Sequence record: MK817115.1
Length of the DNA: 64,000 nt
Reading direction: 5' to 3' (one strand)
Shown: positions 27,482 to 36,655 of the stretch, one piece after another
How positions within the stretch are numbered: position 1 is the first letter of the stretch
How the letters are laid out: each line of letters opens with the position of its first letter
Notes under the pieces: generated by a model
What the model was told of the DNA's origin: nothing
Databases searched by the model: none
The model's input: the letters and a program-made list of their open reading frames with translations, nothing else
Made by a program: the position numbers and the translations under genes

Positions 27482-28735
27482 TCATTTACCGTATTTGCTC
27501 ATGATGTCCTTTTCCCAAGGAGTTACATTTCCATTTTCGTAATCACGGAAAGAGTCATCAAGTGTAGTCAATGCATAATCATATGCCTCACCGGATTCAA
27601 CATCAATATCAACAGCACCATTCACTACATCAGTCCACGCTTTTTGTAGTTTACGAGCGTTGTTACCAACTTTATCTTTAATCCAACTAAGATTTCGGTT
27701 TATACTCTTCTTATCAGCACCAGCTTTTTCACCAACATCTGCAACCCATTGCATTAATTTCTGTAGTTCGTTATGGGATTTTTCAGTCATTTGGCGGTCT
27801 TGTGACAGTTCAGCTTCCATGTCATCAATTTCTTCGTCTGAATGAACATCGTTCTGTTCTACTGCACCTTCTTCATCATCACGCATCAGATAACCATCTC
27901 GTGTAACCTTCTCACCATGATCAGCTTCATACTTTTTCATAGTATTGAATGCAGCATCCATTGCAGTTACAAAACGACTCTTTTCACCTTGTACATAAGA
28001 TTTAAGTGCATCGTTAACTGCATCAGATACTAATTTAATCTTATCGTCTTTACCTTCCAGACGGTTTTCTAACTTAGCTAGTACATTCTTAACTTGTTGA
28101 GCATTAGCACGGTCTTCTTTACCAATACTATCAAATGTTTTAAGTACGCTTTCAAGACTTACTTCCTCTTGTGCAGGCACATCACCTTGTTGCGTACCTT
28201 CAAGTGCACGCATTATAGTACTGAATACTTCAGTTGGTTCAGTACTGGTATTTCCACTCATTGCATCAAGCACAGCTTGTGCTTTGACTTTTAATTCTTC
28301 TTTAGGTACAGATTGCAATTCTTTCACAATACCTTGGATAAGTTGTGGTTTATTAGCAAAAATCTTACCTAACTTATCAGACAGTTCTTTGACAGGGTTA
28401 ACCGCCTTTGGTGCTTCTTGTTTTGGTTCTTCTTTCGCAGGAGCAGACTTTTCTTTTTCTTCACGTTCCATATCAGCTAGACGTTGTTTTTGTGTAGCAT
28501 TAAGAAGTCCCAATGAATTAACATAACGTAGCTTTTCTAGCTCAGTCATGTTCTCAGTACTCTTAACTTCACCTGCTTCTGCGTTTGCTTTACCAGCTAG
28601 ACCAGTTCCTTGGTTACGTGACCCACGTGAACCTTGACCTGCTTGATAACTATTTGGACGGCGGTTGCGTTCACTCCATTTATCAGAGTGACCAGCCATG
28701 TTACCACCATTTTTATCAGTAAAATTACTTGGCAT
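27482..28735 (-). CDS. Charged helical protein, probably late/virion-associated
   Basis: Start MPSNF after GGAG; TATAAATA at 28776-28783; paralogous to 29005..29388. Confidence 0.7.
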   Translation of the reverse strand: MPSNFTDKNGGNMAGHSDKWSERNRRPNSYQAGQGSRGSRNQGTGLAGKANAEAGEVKSTENMTELEKLRYVNSLGLLNATQKQRLADMEREEKEKSAPAKEEPKQEAPKAVNPVKELSDKLGKIFANKPQLIQGIVKELQSVPKEELKVKAQAVLDAMSGNTSTEPTEVFSTIMRALEGTQQGDVPAQEEVSLESVLKTFDSIGKEDRANAQQVKNVLAKLENRLEGKDDKIKLVSDAVNDALKSYVQGEKSRFVTAMDAAFNTMKKYEADHGEKVTRDGYLMRDDEEGAVEQNDVHSDEEIDDMEAELSQDRQMTEKSHNELQKLMQWVADVGEKAGADKKSINRNLSWIKDKVGNNARKLQKAWTDVVNGAVDIDVESGEAYDYALTTLDDSFRDYENGNVTPWEKDIMSKYGK

Positions 28736-28775
28736 TTGATTTCTCTCCATAGATTTCATTTTTTCTCTATGTCTA

Positions 28776-28813
28776 TATTTATAGTATAAAGAAAAGGCTG
28801 ACCGAAGTCAACC
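28776..28813 (-). promoter_or_regulatory. Cassette 6 plus T4-late-like TATAAATA
   Basis: TTGACT-17nt-TATACT overlapping TATAAATA. Confidence 0.75.
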
Positions 28814-28821
28814 TTATTTTG

Positions 28822-28935
28822 TTACTTAGATTGTTCTTGTGCAGGTGGATTTACTTTTTGATCCACTACATAGAATACACCACCAACCAGTACTGCGGCG
28901 ATGAGTGCAGCAACTACAAATTTCAAACCTTGCAT
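28822..28935 (-). CDS. 37-aa single-TM microprotein (not in ORF track)
   Basis: MQGLKFVVAALIAAVLVGGVFYVVDQKVNPPAQEQSK*, GAGG RBS, own cassette. Confidence 0.7.
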   Translation of the reverse strand: MQGLKFVVAALIAAVLVGGVFYVVDQKVNPPAQEQSK

Positions 28936-28964
28936 ATATGATACCTCAGTTATATTGAGAAGTT

Positions 28965-28998
28965 ATGATACAACAAAGGGCTGACCTTAGTCAACCCC
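28965..28998 (-). promoter_or_regulatory. Terminator/promoter overlap cassette 7
   Basis: GGGTTGAC-TAAG-GTCAGCCC-TTTGTTG-TATCAT. Confidence 0.75.
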
Positions 28999-29004
28999 TT
29001 TTTA

Positions 29005-29388
29005 TTACTTCTTGAACTTATGTTTTTCACTTTCGATTGCATTCACGATTTCATCATGAATTTTACGAAGATTGTGAGTTTTCTTTAGAGATTCATGTAA
29101 TGCACGGAATGCAGAGTGTACAGTTGCTTTAAAGTGCTCTTTAGGAGTTACTTTAAGTTTCTCGATAATATCACGTACATAGATTGGGTGATCCTCAAAC
29201 ACACGATTAAGCTCATGACCTAGTGATTCTAGGCTAAATGCTTTTTCACGGGATGGACGATCATGTGCAAGACTTTGGTCTGGTTTTAGAAGACCTAGTG
29301 AATCTAGATACTTGTGCTTATGTGCATTGTCTAGACCAGAAATATCAACATCATGTGATGGATCTTTCTTATTCCATTTATCAACCAT
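29005..29388 (-). CDS. His/Lys-rich protein, paralogue of 27482..28735
   Basis: DKW..YLDSLGLL..SLES; TATAAATA upstream near 29425-29432. Confidence 0.7.
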   Translation of the reverse strand: MVDKWNKKDPSHDVDISGLDNAHKHKYLDSLGLLKPDQSLAHDRPSREKAFSLESLGHELNRVFEDHPIYVRDIIEKLKVTPKEHFKATVHSAFRALHESLKKTHNLRKIHDEIVNAIESEKHKFKK

Positions 29389-29503
29389 TTTTATAACTCC
29401 TATAAGAGATAAATTTTACTATAATATTTATAGTTCCGTTGTCATTTATATCGAATGACATAAAACATTATATCATAATAAGAATGGTTGTCCCAAAGTT
29501 AAA

Positions 29504-29947
29504 TTAGTACTGATCAAGTTCAGATGTAAAAATGAATGCATCCATGTCTTCCAACGTAAGTTTTAAGTCTGGTACATACTTAAGAATAACGCACTCTGGC
29601 TTCTTAATAGCAGCTTGATAAGCAGCAATGGCAAGGGATTCCAACTGCTGTGCTGTATAATTTTTACGTTCTGCATTAAAAACTTTGTTTTTGATATCAC
29701 CACCTGGGAGTTTTTCAAACTCACGCATAACTGCGGTAAGAACATCGTCAGCAGTGTTACTATATACCCATTGGGGTAATTGCATTACATTATAAATCAC
29801 ACCACTATCATCCATCAAAGAGATCCATTTGTACCCATCACTAGCACTGAACAAACGCCCTTTTAGTACTGTGTTATTAGTTAAATTTACAAATGCAAAA
29901 ATATCTTGTTCGTTAAGTTCAATACTATTAACATTTACCCAACTCAT
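29504..29947 (-). CDS. Hypothetical protein
   Basis: Probable start MSWVN. Confidence 0.65.
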   Translation of the reverse strand: MSWVNVNSIELNEQDIFAFVNLTNNTVLKGRLFSASDGYKWISLMDDSGVIYNVMQLPQWVYSNTADDVLTAVMREFEKLPGGDIKNKVFNAERKNYTAQQLESLAIAAYQAAIKKPECVILKYVPDLKLTLEDMDAFIFTSELDQY

Positions 29948-29960
29948 TACGATTCCCCAT

Positions 29961-30533
29961 TCATAAATCACGAACAATATTCATTAAACACAATTTAGGT
30001 TTTATAGCATTCAACACCCATATGCATTCTTTGTAAGTAGCTATTATATCATCTAAATGCTCAGTTACAATGCTTTCTTGAAAATATTCTTCATCATTGA
30101 GCTTTGCTAATTTAGTAACATCACACGTAGGCACTATAGGTCTGGATTGTACACCCATTCCATTATTGATATTAGTGAAATGTACAAAATGGTACTTCAC
30201 AACACCTTTATCTAGATTTATTATACATGACAAATTTTCCAACTCAGTTAGTTTTTTATTACAAGTAACATTAATGAAACCAGCATTATAGGCTCTATAA
30301 TCATCTACTGATATCTCAAAATCATTACGTTCAAATATAAGTGAAATGAGTTGGTCCAGTGGTTTGACATTCATATATTTTAATGAATTTACGTATGATA
30401 CTTCAATCTTAGATGAAATTATCTTTTTACTAAGTGCAGTTAATTCTTTGTTAGATTTAACTGTTAAAACAATATGTTTAAACCTAGAACTTTTGTTCTT
30501 TTTTGATACTTTAAAACGACCTTTACGATTCAT
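29961..30533 (-). CDS. EExxFQxS-motif family protein
   Basis: LNDEEYFQESIVTE; start MNRK after GAGG. Confidence 0.7.
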   Translation of the reverse strand: MNRKGRFKVSKKNKSSRFKHIVLTVKSNKELTALSKKIISSKIEVSYVNSLKYMNVKPLDQLISLIFERNDFEISVDDYRAYNAGFINVTCNKKLTELENLSCIINLDKGVVKYHFVHFTNINNGMGVQSRPIVPTCDVTKLAKLNDEEYFQESIVTEHLDDIIATYKECIWVLNAIKPKLCLMNIVRDL

Positions 30534-30540
30534 AATTTCC

Positions 30541-30762
30541 TCAATTAATAATTTCACATTTAACGTGTGGTTTATATAGCATAATTAACCCATTTTTAAG
30601 TACAATGATTGTTGCTCTGTTAGTAATCGAAACGTTTTTAATTATACTTTTTTTATATGTTTCAACATATTTCTCTTCATAATTTATACATTTAATATAT
30701 TCTTTTTGTTTAGCACTTACAACAGTACTGAATAATATCAGTACAAGTACTATATATTTCAT
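30541..30762 (-). CDS. Small exported protein
   Basis: MKYIVLVLILFSTVVSA-K. Confidence 0.65.
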   Translation of the reverse strand: MKYIVLVLILFSTVVSAKQKEYIKCINYEEKYVETYKKSIIKNVSITNRATIIVLKNGLIMLYKPHVKCEIIN

Positions 30763-30814
30763 TACTATACCTTATAAACAAAAAGGAATTCATTTAAGAA
30801 TTCCTATTTTACAA

Positions 30815-31108
30815 TCATTTATCTAACATACCATTGTGCAAACGTTCATATACTTCAGTTCGACGCAAATTAACAATATCTTCTGCGTATTTTAATGTAA
30901 ATGCCCATGCTTTTGGATGTACGTTAAGCTTCATACGAATTCGATTTTTCATCAACTCTCCACTTAAACGAATAAATTCGTGTACACCACGACTACCGTA
31001 TTCAGTAATTAAATCATTAATGTACATATCACGAAGAGTTTCATCTGCACATTCTTTAACCATTTCTACGTCAGCGACGATGCTTTCATTAACTGAAGTA
31101 CTGATCAT
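30815..31108 (-). CDS. Hypothetical protein
   Basis: 97 aa, AAGG RBS. Confidence 0.65.
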   Translation of the reverse strand: MISTSVNESIVADVEMVKECADETLRDMYINDLITEYGSRGVHEFIRLSGELMKNRIRMKLNVHPKAWAFTLKYAEDIVNLRRTEVYERLHNGMLDK

Positions 31109-31120
31109 TTTTAATTTACC

Positions 31121-31387
31121 TTATTTAAATTCGACTGTAATTTTATCACCTTCAACTACGAACTTACAGTTGTAGCGACGTGCCATATCCATGTACATAT
31201 GCTCAGAGTACCAAGGAACATCAATAATCGGATGCTCTGCATATTGTAAAACTTCACGGTCGCCCACTGTAGTAATGATGAAAGGAATGTTCATCTCTCG
31301 TAAAAACAGTTCAGCACCAGGAGAACGATTAATAAATTCAGTATCATTACGTAAAGTAAATCCATTATATTGTAATTTAAGCTTCAT
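31121..31387 (-). CDS. Hypothetical protein
   Basis: 88 aa, GAGG RBS. Confidence 0.7.
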   Translation of the reverse strand: MKLKLQYNGFTLRNDTEFINRSPGAELFLREMNIPFIITTVGDREVLQYAEHPIIDVPWYSEHMYMDMARRYNCKFVVEGDKITVEFK

Positions 31388-31401
31388 ATGTTATCCTCTA
31401 T

Positions 31402-31746
31402 TCAATACCATTCTTTAAAACCATTAAGTTCGGCTACGTGAGTGATTATAACACATATAACATTCAGGTCAAGTATAATTTGATCATAATTTAATTTTAT
31501 ACGATCATCATTATATGCTCTAAAAACTACATCGTAATCAAAGAAATTTGCGTTTTCATCATTCATTGAAACGATTCGGTATCTACGTCTTCCATCTGTA
31601 TTGAATATAGTTAAACACTGTTGAAACTTTCTCATTAACTGTTTAGATAGGATATTATAATATTCAATATCTTTTTGTGAATTACGTGGGTCATCAGGAA
31701 GATAGAATGAAACAAATTTCTTTAATTCTATTTGAGTTTTATCCAT
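31402..31746 (-). CDS. Hypothetical protein
   Basis: 114 aa, GAGG RBS. Confidence 0.65.
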   Translation of the reverse strand: MDKTQIELKKFVSFYLPDDPRNSQKDIEYYNILSKQLMRKFQQCLTIFNTDGRRRYRIVSMNDENANFFDYDVVFRAYNDDRIKLNYDQIILDLNVICVIITHVAELNGFKEWY

Positions 31747-32179
31747 ATATTACCTCATTTGTTTCTCTTTTACTTTGTCGGAACTCATCCTTTGCTTCCT
31801 TAACTGACATGATACGAACTAATTTAGCACTACCGCAATAGTACTGAACCTGATTACGACCAATGTCTACATGGTGGTCTGGAACTTCATATACAGATAT
31901 AGCAAACCCAGCACGATGCAATTTACCTAAGTCCATAGTGAAGAATCTGAACAAATCTTTCAAACTTTGACAGCCAAATACCCATCCACTTTTGATTGAA
32001 TAAATCCCATCCTCAGTTGGTTCAGGTTGGAATTGAGAAGGTGTAGTCATGAGCAAACGGTCAAATCCATTTTTAGTACTGTATCTGGTTGAATACCGTG
32101 CAAACGGACCTACAGTTCGTGCAGGATCTAAGTTAGGTTCAATGTAACTAAATTTAAGTTCAAAACGATATACATACAT
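31739..32179 (-). CDS. Conserved phage protein, possibly ADP-ribosyltransferase-like fold
   Basis: VYRFE..GPF..P.P..D..FGCQS..L..FF..GF..SVYEV..G..QV pattern. Confidence 0.45.
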   Translation of the reverse strand: MYVYRFELKFSYIEPNLDPARTVGPFARYSTRYSTKNGFDRLLMTTPSQFQPEPTEDGIYSIKSGWVFGCQSLKDLFRFFTMDLGKLHRAGFAISVYEVPDHHVDIGRNQVQYYCGSAKLVRIMSVKEAKDEFRQSKRETNEVIYG

Positions 32180-32207
32180 AATTAAAATCCTCTAATTTAT
32201 TAAGAGA

Positions 32208-32239
32208 ATTATAACAAAAAAGGCTGACCGAAGTCAACC
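32208..32239 (-). promoter_or_regulatory. Terminator/promoter overlap cassette 8
   Basis: GGTTGACTTCGGTCAGCCTTTTTTGTTATAAT. Confidence 0.85.
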
Positions 32240-32425
32240 TTTGTTTTGAAGTTCTTGAACTAATTGTCGTACTTCGTTAATATTTTTACACTGCTTTACA
32301 GTGAAGTAATCATACTTACGACCATAGGTTCTTGGGTCATCACCTTCCATATACTGCTGCACATCAAAGATTTGTAAGTAGGGATGCTGCATAACACGAA
32401 TATTATCACTTTGATAAATCAACAT
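32234..32425 (-). CDS. Hypothetical protein
   Basis: Probable start MLIYQSD after AGGA. Confidence 0.6.
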   Translation of the reverse strand: MLIYQSDNIRVMQHPYLQIFDVQQYMEGDDPRTYGRKYDYFTVKQCKNINEVRQLVQELQNKG

Positions 32426-32429
32426 AATA

Positions 32430-32780
32430 TCAATCCTTATATTTACACAAGCCACCAAAACTAGTTTCTTTAGCACCACGACGCATCATAACTAATTTAG
32501 CATATTGTGTGCCATTACTATCTTCATATACATCTACTTCAATAAACGCTAAGAAGTTAGGGTCTGTGTCGTTAGAAAACTCAGTGAAGCTAATGTCGCC
32601 TACTGTATGCTCTTTAACAAACGTATATGATTGTCCATCAATATATACAATATCTCGATCGTCACTATCACCTTGATAGATATGTTTAATATTACCATCT
32701 GTACAAACTAAACCTTCCAATGGTTCAGCATATGACAATCCACACATTAACATACATACAAAAAATAAAATAATTTTCAT
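32430..32780 (-). CDS. Exported protein
   Basis: MKIILFFVCMLMCGLSYA-EP signal peptide. Confidence 0.7.
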   Translation of the reverse strand: MKIILFFVCMLMCGLSYAEPLEGLVCTDGNIKHIYQGDSDDRDIVYIDGQSYTFVKEHTVGDISFTEFSNDTDPNFLAFIEVDVYEDSNGTQYAKLVMMRRGAKETSFGGLCKYKD

Positions 32781-32782
32781 GA

Positions 32783-33160
32783 TTATTTTCCTCCAACGTT
32801 AAGTGATTTCTTGTACTGATATTCTTTATAAGTACTATACCATATATCACCAACGTAAATCAAGTACCACGTAGCAGGATAAAGAGCCAATCCAGTACTG
32901 ATGTATACGAACTTTTGGTCAAGGACATCAAATACATACAGAAGGAAAGTTACTCCCATAATGCAAGAACAAATTAACCACAAGTTATAAGCAATCGAAT
33001 CGCAAGCAAAAATAGAATCAAGCTTAGAAATTAGGACATATTTGTTTGTTAAAATGAAATGAATTACTGCAACTAAACAATATCCTGCCATAAAAATAGA
33101 AATTAAAAAAGACAGAATAATTGGAATATTCAACAACAAAAGTAAAATAGTGTTTACCAT
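32783..33160 (-). CDS. 3-TM membrane protein
   Basis: 125 aa, hydrophobic, similar layout to clusters A and B. Confidence 0.7.
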   Translation of the reverse strand: MVNTILLLLLNIPIILSFLISIFMAGYCLVAVIHFILTNKYVLISKLDSIFACDSIAYNLWLICSCIMGVTFLLYVFDVLDQKFVYISTGLALYPATWYLIYVGDIWYSTYKEYQYKKSLNVGGK

Positions 33161-33170
33161 TTTTTAAGTC

Positions 33171-33530
33171 CTATATTTCACAGTGTAAGTTCAATTTATC
33201 TATATCTAGGTCACGGCGTACCGATGAGTCCAAGTAAATTACTATATAGATATCACCATTACCAGTTCTTGGGTCTACAATTAATATTACGTTTGCTAAT
33301 GTACCAGAATCATCTCTATAAGTCGAGATTTTTTTATTACCGATAATACTTTCTACTTTAAAACGATAAATCACACCATCAACAACTATATTTTTACCAT
33401 TTCTAGGGTCGTTAGTCAATACATGCCACGTTCCCTTAGTACTACGACAATATGTTTCTGCTGCTGCACCATAACTAAAACATGAAAATAATGCACACAC
33501 AAGTGCTATTAATTTTATATAACTCTTCAT
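33171..33530 (-). CDS. Exported protein
   Basis: Signal peptide MKSYIKLIALVCALFSCFSYG. Confidence 0.7.
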   Translation of the reverse strand: MKSYIKLIALVCALFSCFSYGAAAETYCRSTKGTWHVLTNDPRNGKNIVVDGVIYRFKVESIIGNKKISTYRDDSGTLANVILIVDPRTGNGDIYIVIYLDSSVRRDLDIDKLNLHCEI

Positions 33531-33549
33531 AACAAACCTCTAACGAGAA

Positions 33550-33582
33550 ATACTTCTGTACTATATATATGTACAGAAGTAT
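33550..33582. terminator. 12-bp inverted repeat hairpin
   Basis: ATACTTCTGTAC-N9-GTACAGAAGTAT. Confidence 0.55.
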
Positions 33583-33608
33583 TTAATACTATAGAGATAT
33601 TTTCACTG

Positions 33609-33935
33609 TTACATCTTATTCGTGAACTTGAATTTGATAATATCAATCCAAATTTTAACATTTCCTGCAAATAGTGCTTTGATTAGCCACATAATTGCAA
33701 CAAAGTTCTCAACTAAATCCAAAGTTTTAACTACTGCACCGAGTGGGAAGATAAAACTCAAAACCCATACAATTACTGAAACCACAACGACTGCATAGAA
33801 AATACGCACAATCGGTGAATCAAGCATAAACAACTCAGAGAACTCTTTTTTATCATTATCATCAGTAATGAAGCATTCGTAAACCAGAAGCCAAATCAGA
33901 ATTAAAGACGGAATTGAAATTAGTACTGATAGCAT
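33609..33935 (-). CDS. Membrane protein
   Basis: 108 aa, three hydrophobic segments. Confidence 0.7.
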   Translation of the reverse strand: MLSVLISIPSLILIWLLVYECFITDDNDKKEFSELFMLDSPIVRIFYAVVVVSVIVWVLSFIFPLGAVVKTLDLVENFVAIMWLIKALFAGNVKIWIDIIKFKFTNKM

Positions 33936-33981
33936 ATTTTTTACCTCAAGTTTAAGTGTTAAGTTTCAGACTACAGGAACC

Positions 33982-34009
33982 ATTATACAGTACTACGAAC
34001 GTTTGTCAA
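33982..34009 (-). promoter_or_regulatory. sigma70 promoter with AGTACT in the spacer
   Basis: TTGACA-AACGTTCGTAGTACTG-TATAAT. Confidence 0.75.
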
Positions 34010-34235
34010 CATTTGTTTCTTCAATAAGCATAAGATAACTTAACACGAAGAGTAATACCGAAATAATATCAATAACTGTAAAGCTCACTGGAATGATAAT
34101 AGACACCAGTACTAATGCCACGTTTAGCAAGAATACAGTAGTGAGATCTACCATCGTTCGTCTAGTGGCTAATGCCACTAGTGTAGGATAGAACATAAAC
34201 AATAGTGCAACAACAAAACTTAGTACTAGATACAT
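33993..34235 (-). CDS. Small membrane protein
   Basis: 80 aa, hydrophobic. Confidence 0.6.
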   Translation of the reverse strand: MYLVLSFVVALLFMFYPTLVALATRRTMVDLTTVFLLNVALVLVSIIIPVSFTVIDIISVLLFVLSYLMLIEETNVDKRS

Positions 34236-34906
34236 TTCTTTTTCACCTTAATAAAATTATAACACAAAACCACATCAACATCTGGCTCATCATACAAGTA
34301 CTCAAAACGTTCTTTACTTCGTTTAGTACCGATATACTCACCATTCTTATGCCAACGCCATCCACCATCCTTTGGTTGTTCAGACTTCAGTACTGGGTGA
34401 TAGCACAGGACAATTTCTTCTGGACCTTCAATTAGGTTCTTGTACTTATTCATAATCTGTTCAAGCGTATCTGCTACACCATAAGATGGATGCATAAGAT
34501 AAGACTCAGGACGTGGACGTCCACTTGGTAGAATATCATCAGTACTATTAAAGATAGCACGGAAGTCTTCAGATGTGTATAGACTTCCATCTTCATGGAT
34601 CATTGGGTATTCATCCACGACATCGTAATCAGTGAAGTGTTCAATTGCATGTGCAGGTCGATAACCTGCAAGGATACCTGCATGTTTAGTCTGGACAATA
34701 GTCATAACAGATGTATTGTTGTTTACATTTGGAACATGAATTTCAGCCCAGAACGGATGATTTGGGTCAAAAGTTGCATTTACCAATGTACACTCACCAA
34801 TGTAATCAAACATAGTTTCCTTGAAGTTTAAAGAAACCCCACGTAATGCCCAGTCAGGTGAAGTGATGAAATTAAGATTAACTAACATAAGTATCCTCAT
34901 ATGCAT
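34226..34906 (-). CDS. Conserved phage hypothetical protein
   Basis: C-terminal QPKDGGWRWHKNGEYIG motif, which I recall from large-phage hypotheticals. Confidence 0.7.
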   Translation of the reverse strand: MHMRILMLVNLNFITSPDWALRGVSLNFKETMFDYIGECTLVNATFDPNHPFWAEIHVPNVNNNTSVMTIVQTKHAGILAGYRPAHAIEHFTDYDVVDEYPMIHEDGSLYTSEDFRAIFNSTDDILPSGRPRPESYLMHPSYGVADTLEQIMNKYKNLIEGPEEIVLCYHPVLKSEQPKDGGWRWHKNGEYIGTKRSKERFEYLYDEPDVDVVLCYNFIKVKKKCI

Positions 34907-34919
34907 TTTTTTGATGTGG

Positions 34920-35135
34920 TTATTGTATCAAAGATGTATCGATTTGTACAACATTTATTGTAACTATTTCGTACATATAGTCAGGTGCATTGAACTCAGC
35001 ATACCACTCAATGATCTCACAAGCAGCATCAACTTGGTTGTTCGCATTAACACGTCTTGCATAGGTACTAGACATTTTATATCTACCATTTACATACACG
35101 TTATATACACCATGACACCACCACATCTTAGTCAT
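34920..35135 (-). CDS. Hypothetical protein
   Basis: 71 aa, coupled. Confidence 0.6.
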   Translation of the reverse strand: MTKMWWCHGVYNVYVNGRYKMSSTYARRVNANNQVDAACEIIEWYAEFNAPDYMYEIVTINVVQIDTSLIQ

Positions 35136-35346
35136 TTATACTAGGCCATACTTTATATTGTAAGTTCTGGTATTGAAATTTACCAATTTCATTTTTCTTA
35201 CGGAATGATTCATCTACTTGAATTTCCGCATCGTACTGACCATCAGCCTGTACAACGTACTTAAATTCTTCTACGTGTGAAAAACGTTGACCTTCACCTT
35301 CTGGTTTATAGACTTGTACTAAACCTTCAACTAGATATAAATTCAT
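35128..35346 (-). CDS. Hypothetical protein
   Basis: 72 aa. Confidence 0.65.
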   Translation of the reverse strand: MNLYLVEGLVQVYKPEGEGQRFSHVEEFKYVVQADGQYDAEIQVDESFRKKNEIGKFQYQNLQYKVWPSIND

Positions 35347-35349
35347 TTA

Positions 35350-35571
35350 TCATTCCTCATCACTTTCAGTTAGTATAATGCTATGTACAGCTTCCACATA
35401 GCGGTGTGTTTTGGGTGTGTTATACTTTGTAATTTCATCAAACAATTTAAACAGTGCATCTACTTCACTAAGAGCACGAATGAATACATCCATCTTGGTG
35501 ACTACTCTGGAAAACCCGCGTATGTTATTAAATTCAGAGACGTGTTCATACACAACATAGTATCTATTCAT
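35350..35571 (-). CDS. Hypothetical protein
   Basis: 73 aa, layout similar to 35128 and 39617 (Y.V...V.A..E.DA). Confidence 0.65.
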   Translation of the reverse strand: MNRYYVVYEHVSEFNNIRGFSRVVTKMDVFIRALSEVDALFKLFDEITKYNTPKTHRYVEAVHSIILTESDEE

Positions 35572-36086
35572 ATATTAAAAAGTTCCATGAATTCATTGAA
35601 TAAAGAAGTTCTAATGCACATAACAAATTCAAAATCAACATCGATGGTGTCAAGTAGTTTGAACAACTTTGGTACTAATGGATCATTCACCTCAAAGTTA
35701 TGAATCAAACTTTGTTGAAACACATTTTCTTCAGTACTATAATCAATAACAAAATATTCAGCAATACCAGGTGGTGTGTAAACATCATATAAAATATGGC
35801 GGTGATGATTTGTTTTAGAACTAGGGGAATATATAAGTTCTATTTCATAAGATTTATCAGCACTGCGTGCGTAACAAACAATATCAGTACTCGTTATTTC
35901 TGAACCATCACTTCTCTCTGAAAAACAAACATCAGCATAGCGTTTTCCAGAGAGATTCAAAAGGTCATGAGTTGTTTTACCATAACAGAAATCAGTTTCA
36001 ATGCGTATCACATCTTGATATTCAATTGGTCTTGTATCGCGGCGTTCACGATTAAACACTAATTTCAACAACTCATTAATATCCAT
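35568..36086 (-). CDS. EExxFQxS-motif family protein
   Basis: YSTEENVFQQSLIHN. Confidence 0.7.
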   Translation of the reverse strand: MDINELLKLVFNRERRDTRPIEYQDVIRIETDFCYGKTTHDLLNLSGKRYADVCFSERSDGSEITSTDIVCYARSADKSYEIELIYSPSSKTNHHRHILYDVYTPPGIAEYFVIDYSTEENVFQQSLIHNFEVNDPLVPKLFKLLDTIDVDFEFVMCIRTSLFNEFMELFNI

Positions 36087-36286
36087 TATTTCGCCTCGAT
36101 AACCTTAAGGTTAACAAAATCACCTTTTACTTTCATGCATTTGAATTCAGTGCGAGTTTCATCCCCACTATCGCGAGGCCAATGAGTGGCAGAGTAGCAC
36201 TGGTCTGGTGTTTTATATACACCTTCACCAATAGTACGAGTGATTTCACCATTGGTGAGAACTACTGCGAGATATAAAGTAAACAT
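36086..36286 (-). CDS. Hypothetical protein
   Basis: Probable start MFTLYL. Confidence 0.6.
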   Translation of the reverse strand: MFTLYLAVVLTNGEITRTIGEGVYKTPDQCYSATHWPRDSGDETRTEFKCMKVKGDFVNLKVIEAK

Positions 36287-36296
36287 GATATTCGCC

Positions 36297-36443
36297 TTAG
36301 AATAATTTATTAATAATAATAGCACCCAACGCAAGAACTGCAATAATTACAGATACCCACATTACTGCATTCACTGTACCAGTAAGTTCTTTATCAAACT
36401 CCCTGCACTTCTTGCGGTAATCTTCCCACTCTTTGTTATTCAC
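36297..36443 (-). CDS. 48-aa C-terminal TM microprotein (not in ORF track)
   Basis: GTG start, MNNKEWEDY...VIIAVLALGAIIINKLF*. Confidence 0.55.
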   Translation of the reverse strand: MNNKEWEDYRKKCREFDKELTGTVNAVMWVSVIIAVLALGAIIINKLF

Positions 36444-36655
36444 ACTGCCACTCCTAATAGGTCGGTAGCTTTCTTGAGTACTACGTCAATGGTTTCCAGT
36501 ACTGCACCTTTGTGTTCAATTGATACAATATTATTATAAGTATCAAGGTCCAAGTACTCCATATATTCAGTTTTGAATACACGAACATCAGTACTAGTGA
36601 TTTTAATATCACAACCTTTATCCCAAATAACCTGCATCATTTCATTGGTAGTCAT
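36440..36655 (-). CDS. Hypothetical protein
   Basis: 71 aa, coupled. Confidence 0.65.
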   Translation of the reverse strand: MTTNEMMQVIWDKGCDIKITSTDVRVFKTEYMEYLDLDTYNNIVSIEHKGAVLETIDVVLKKATDLLGVAV

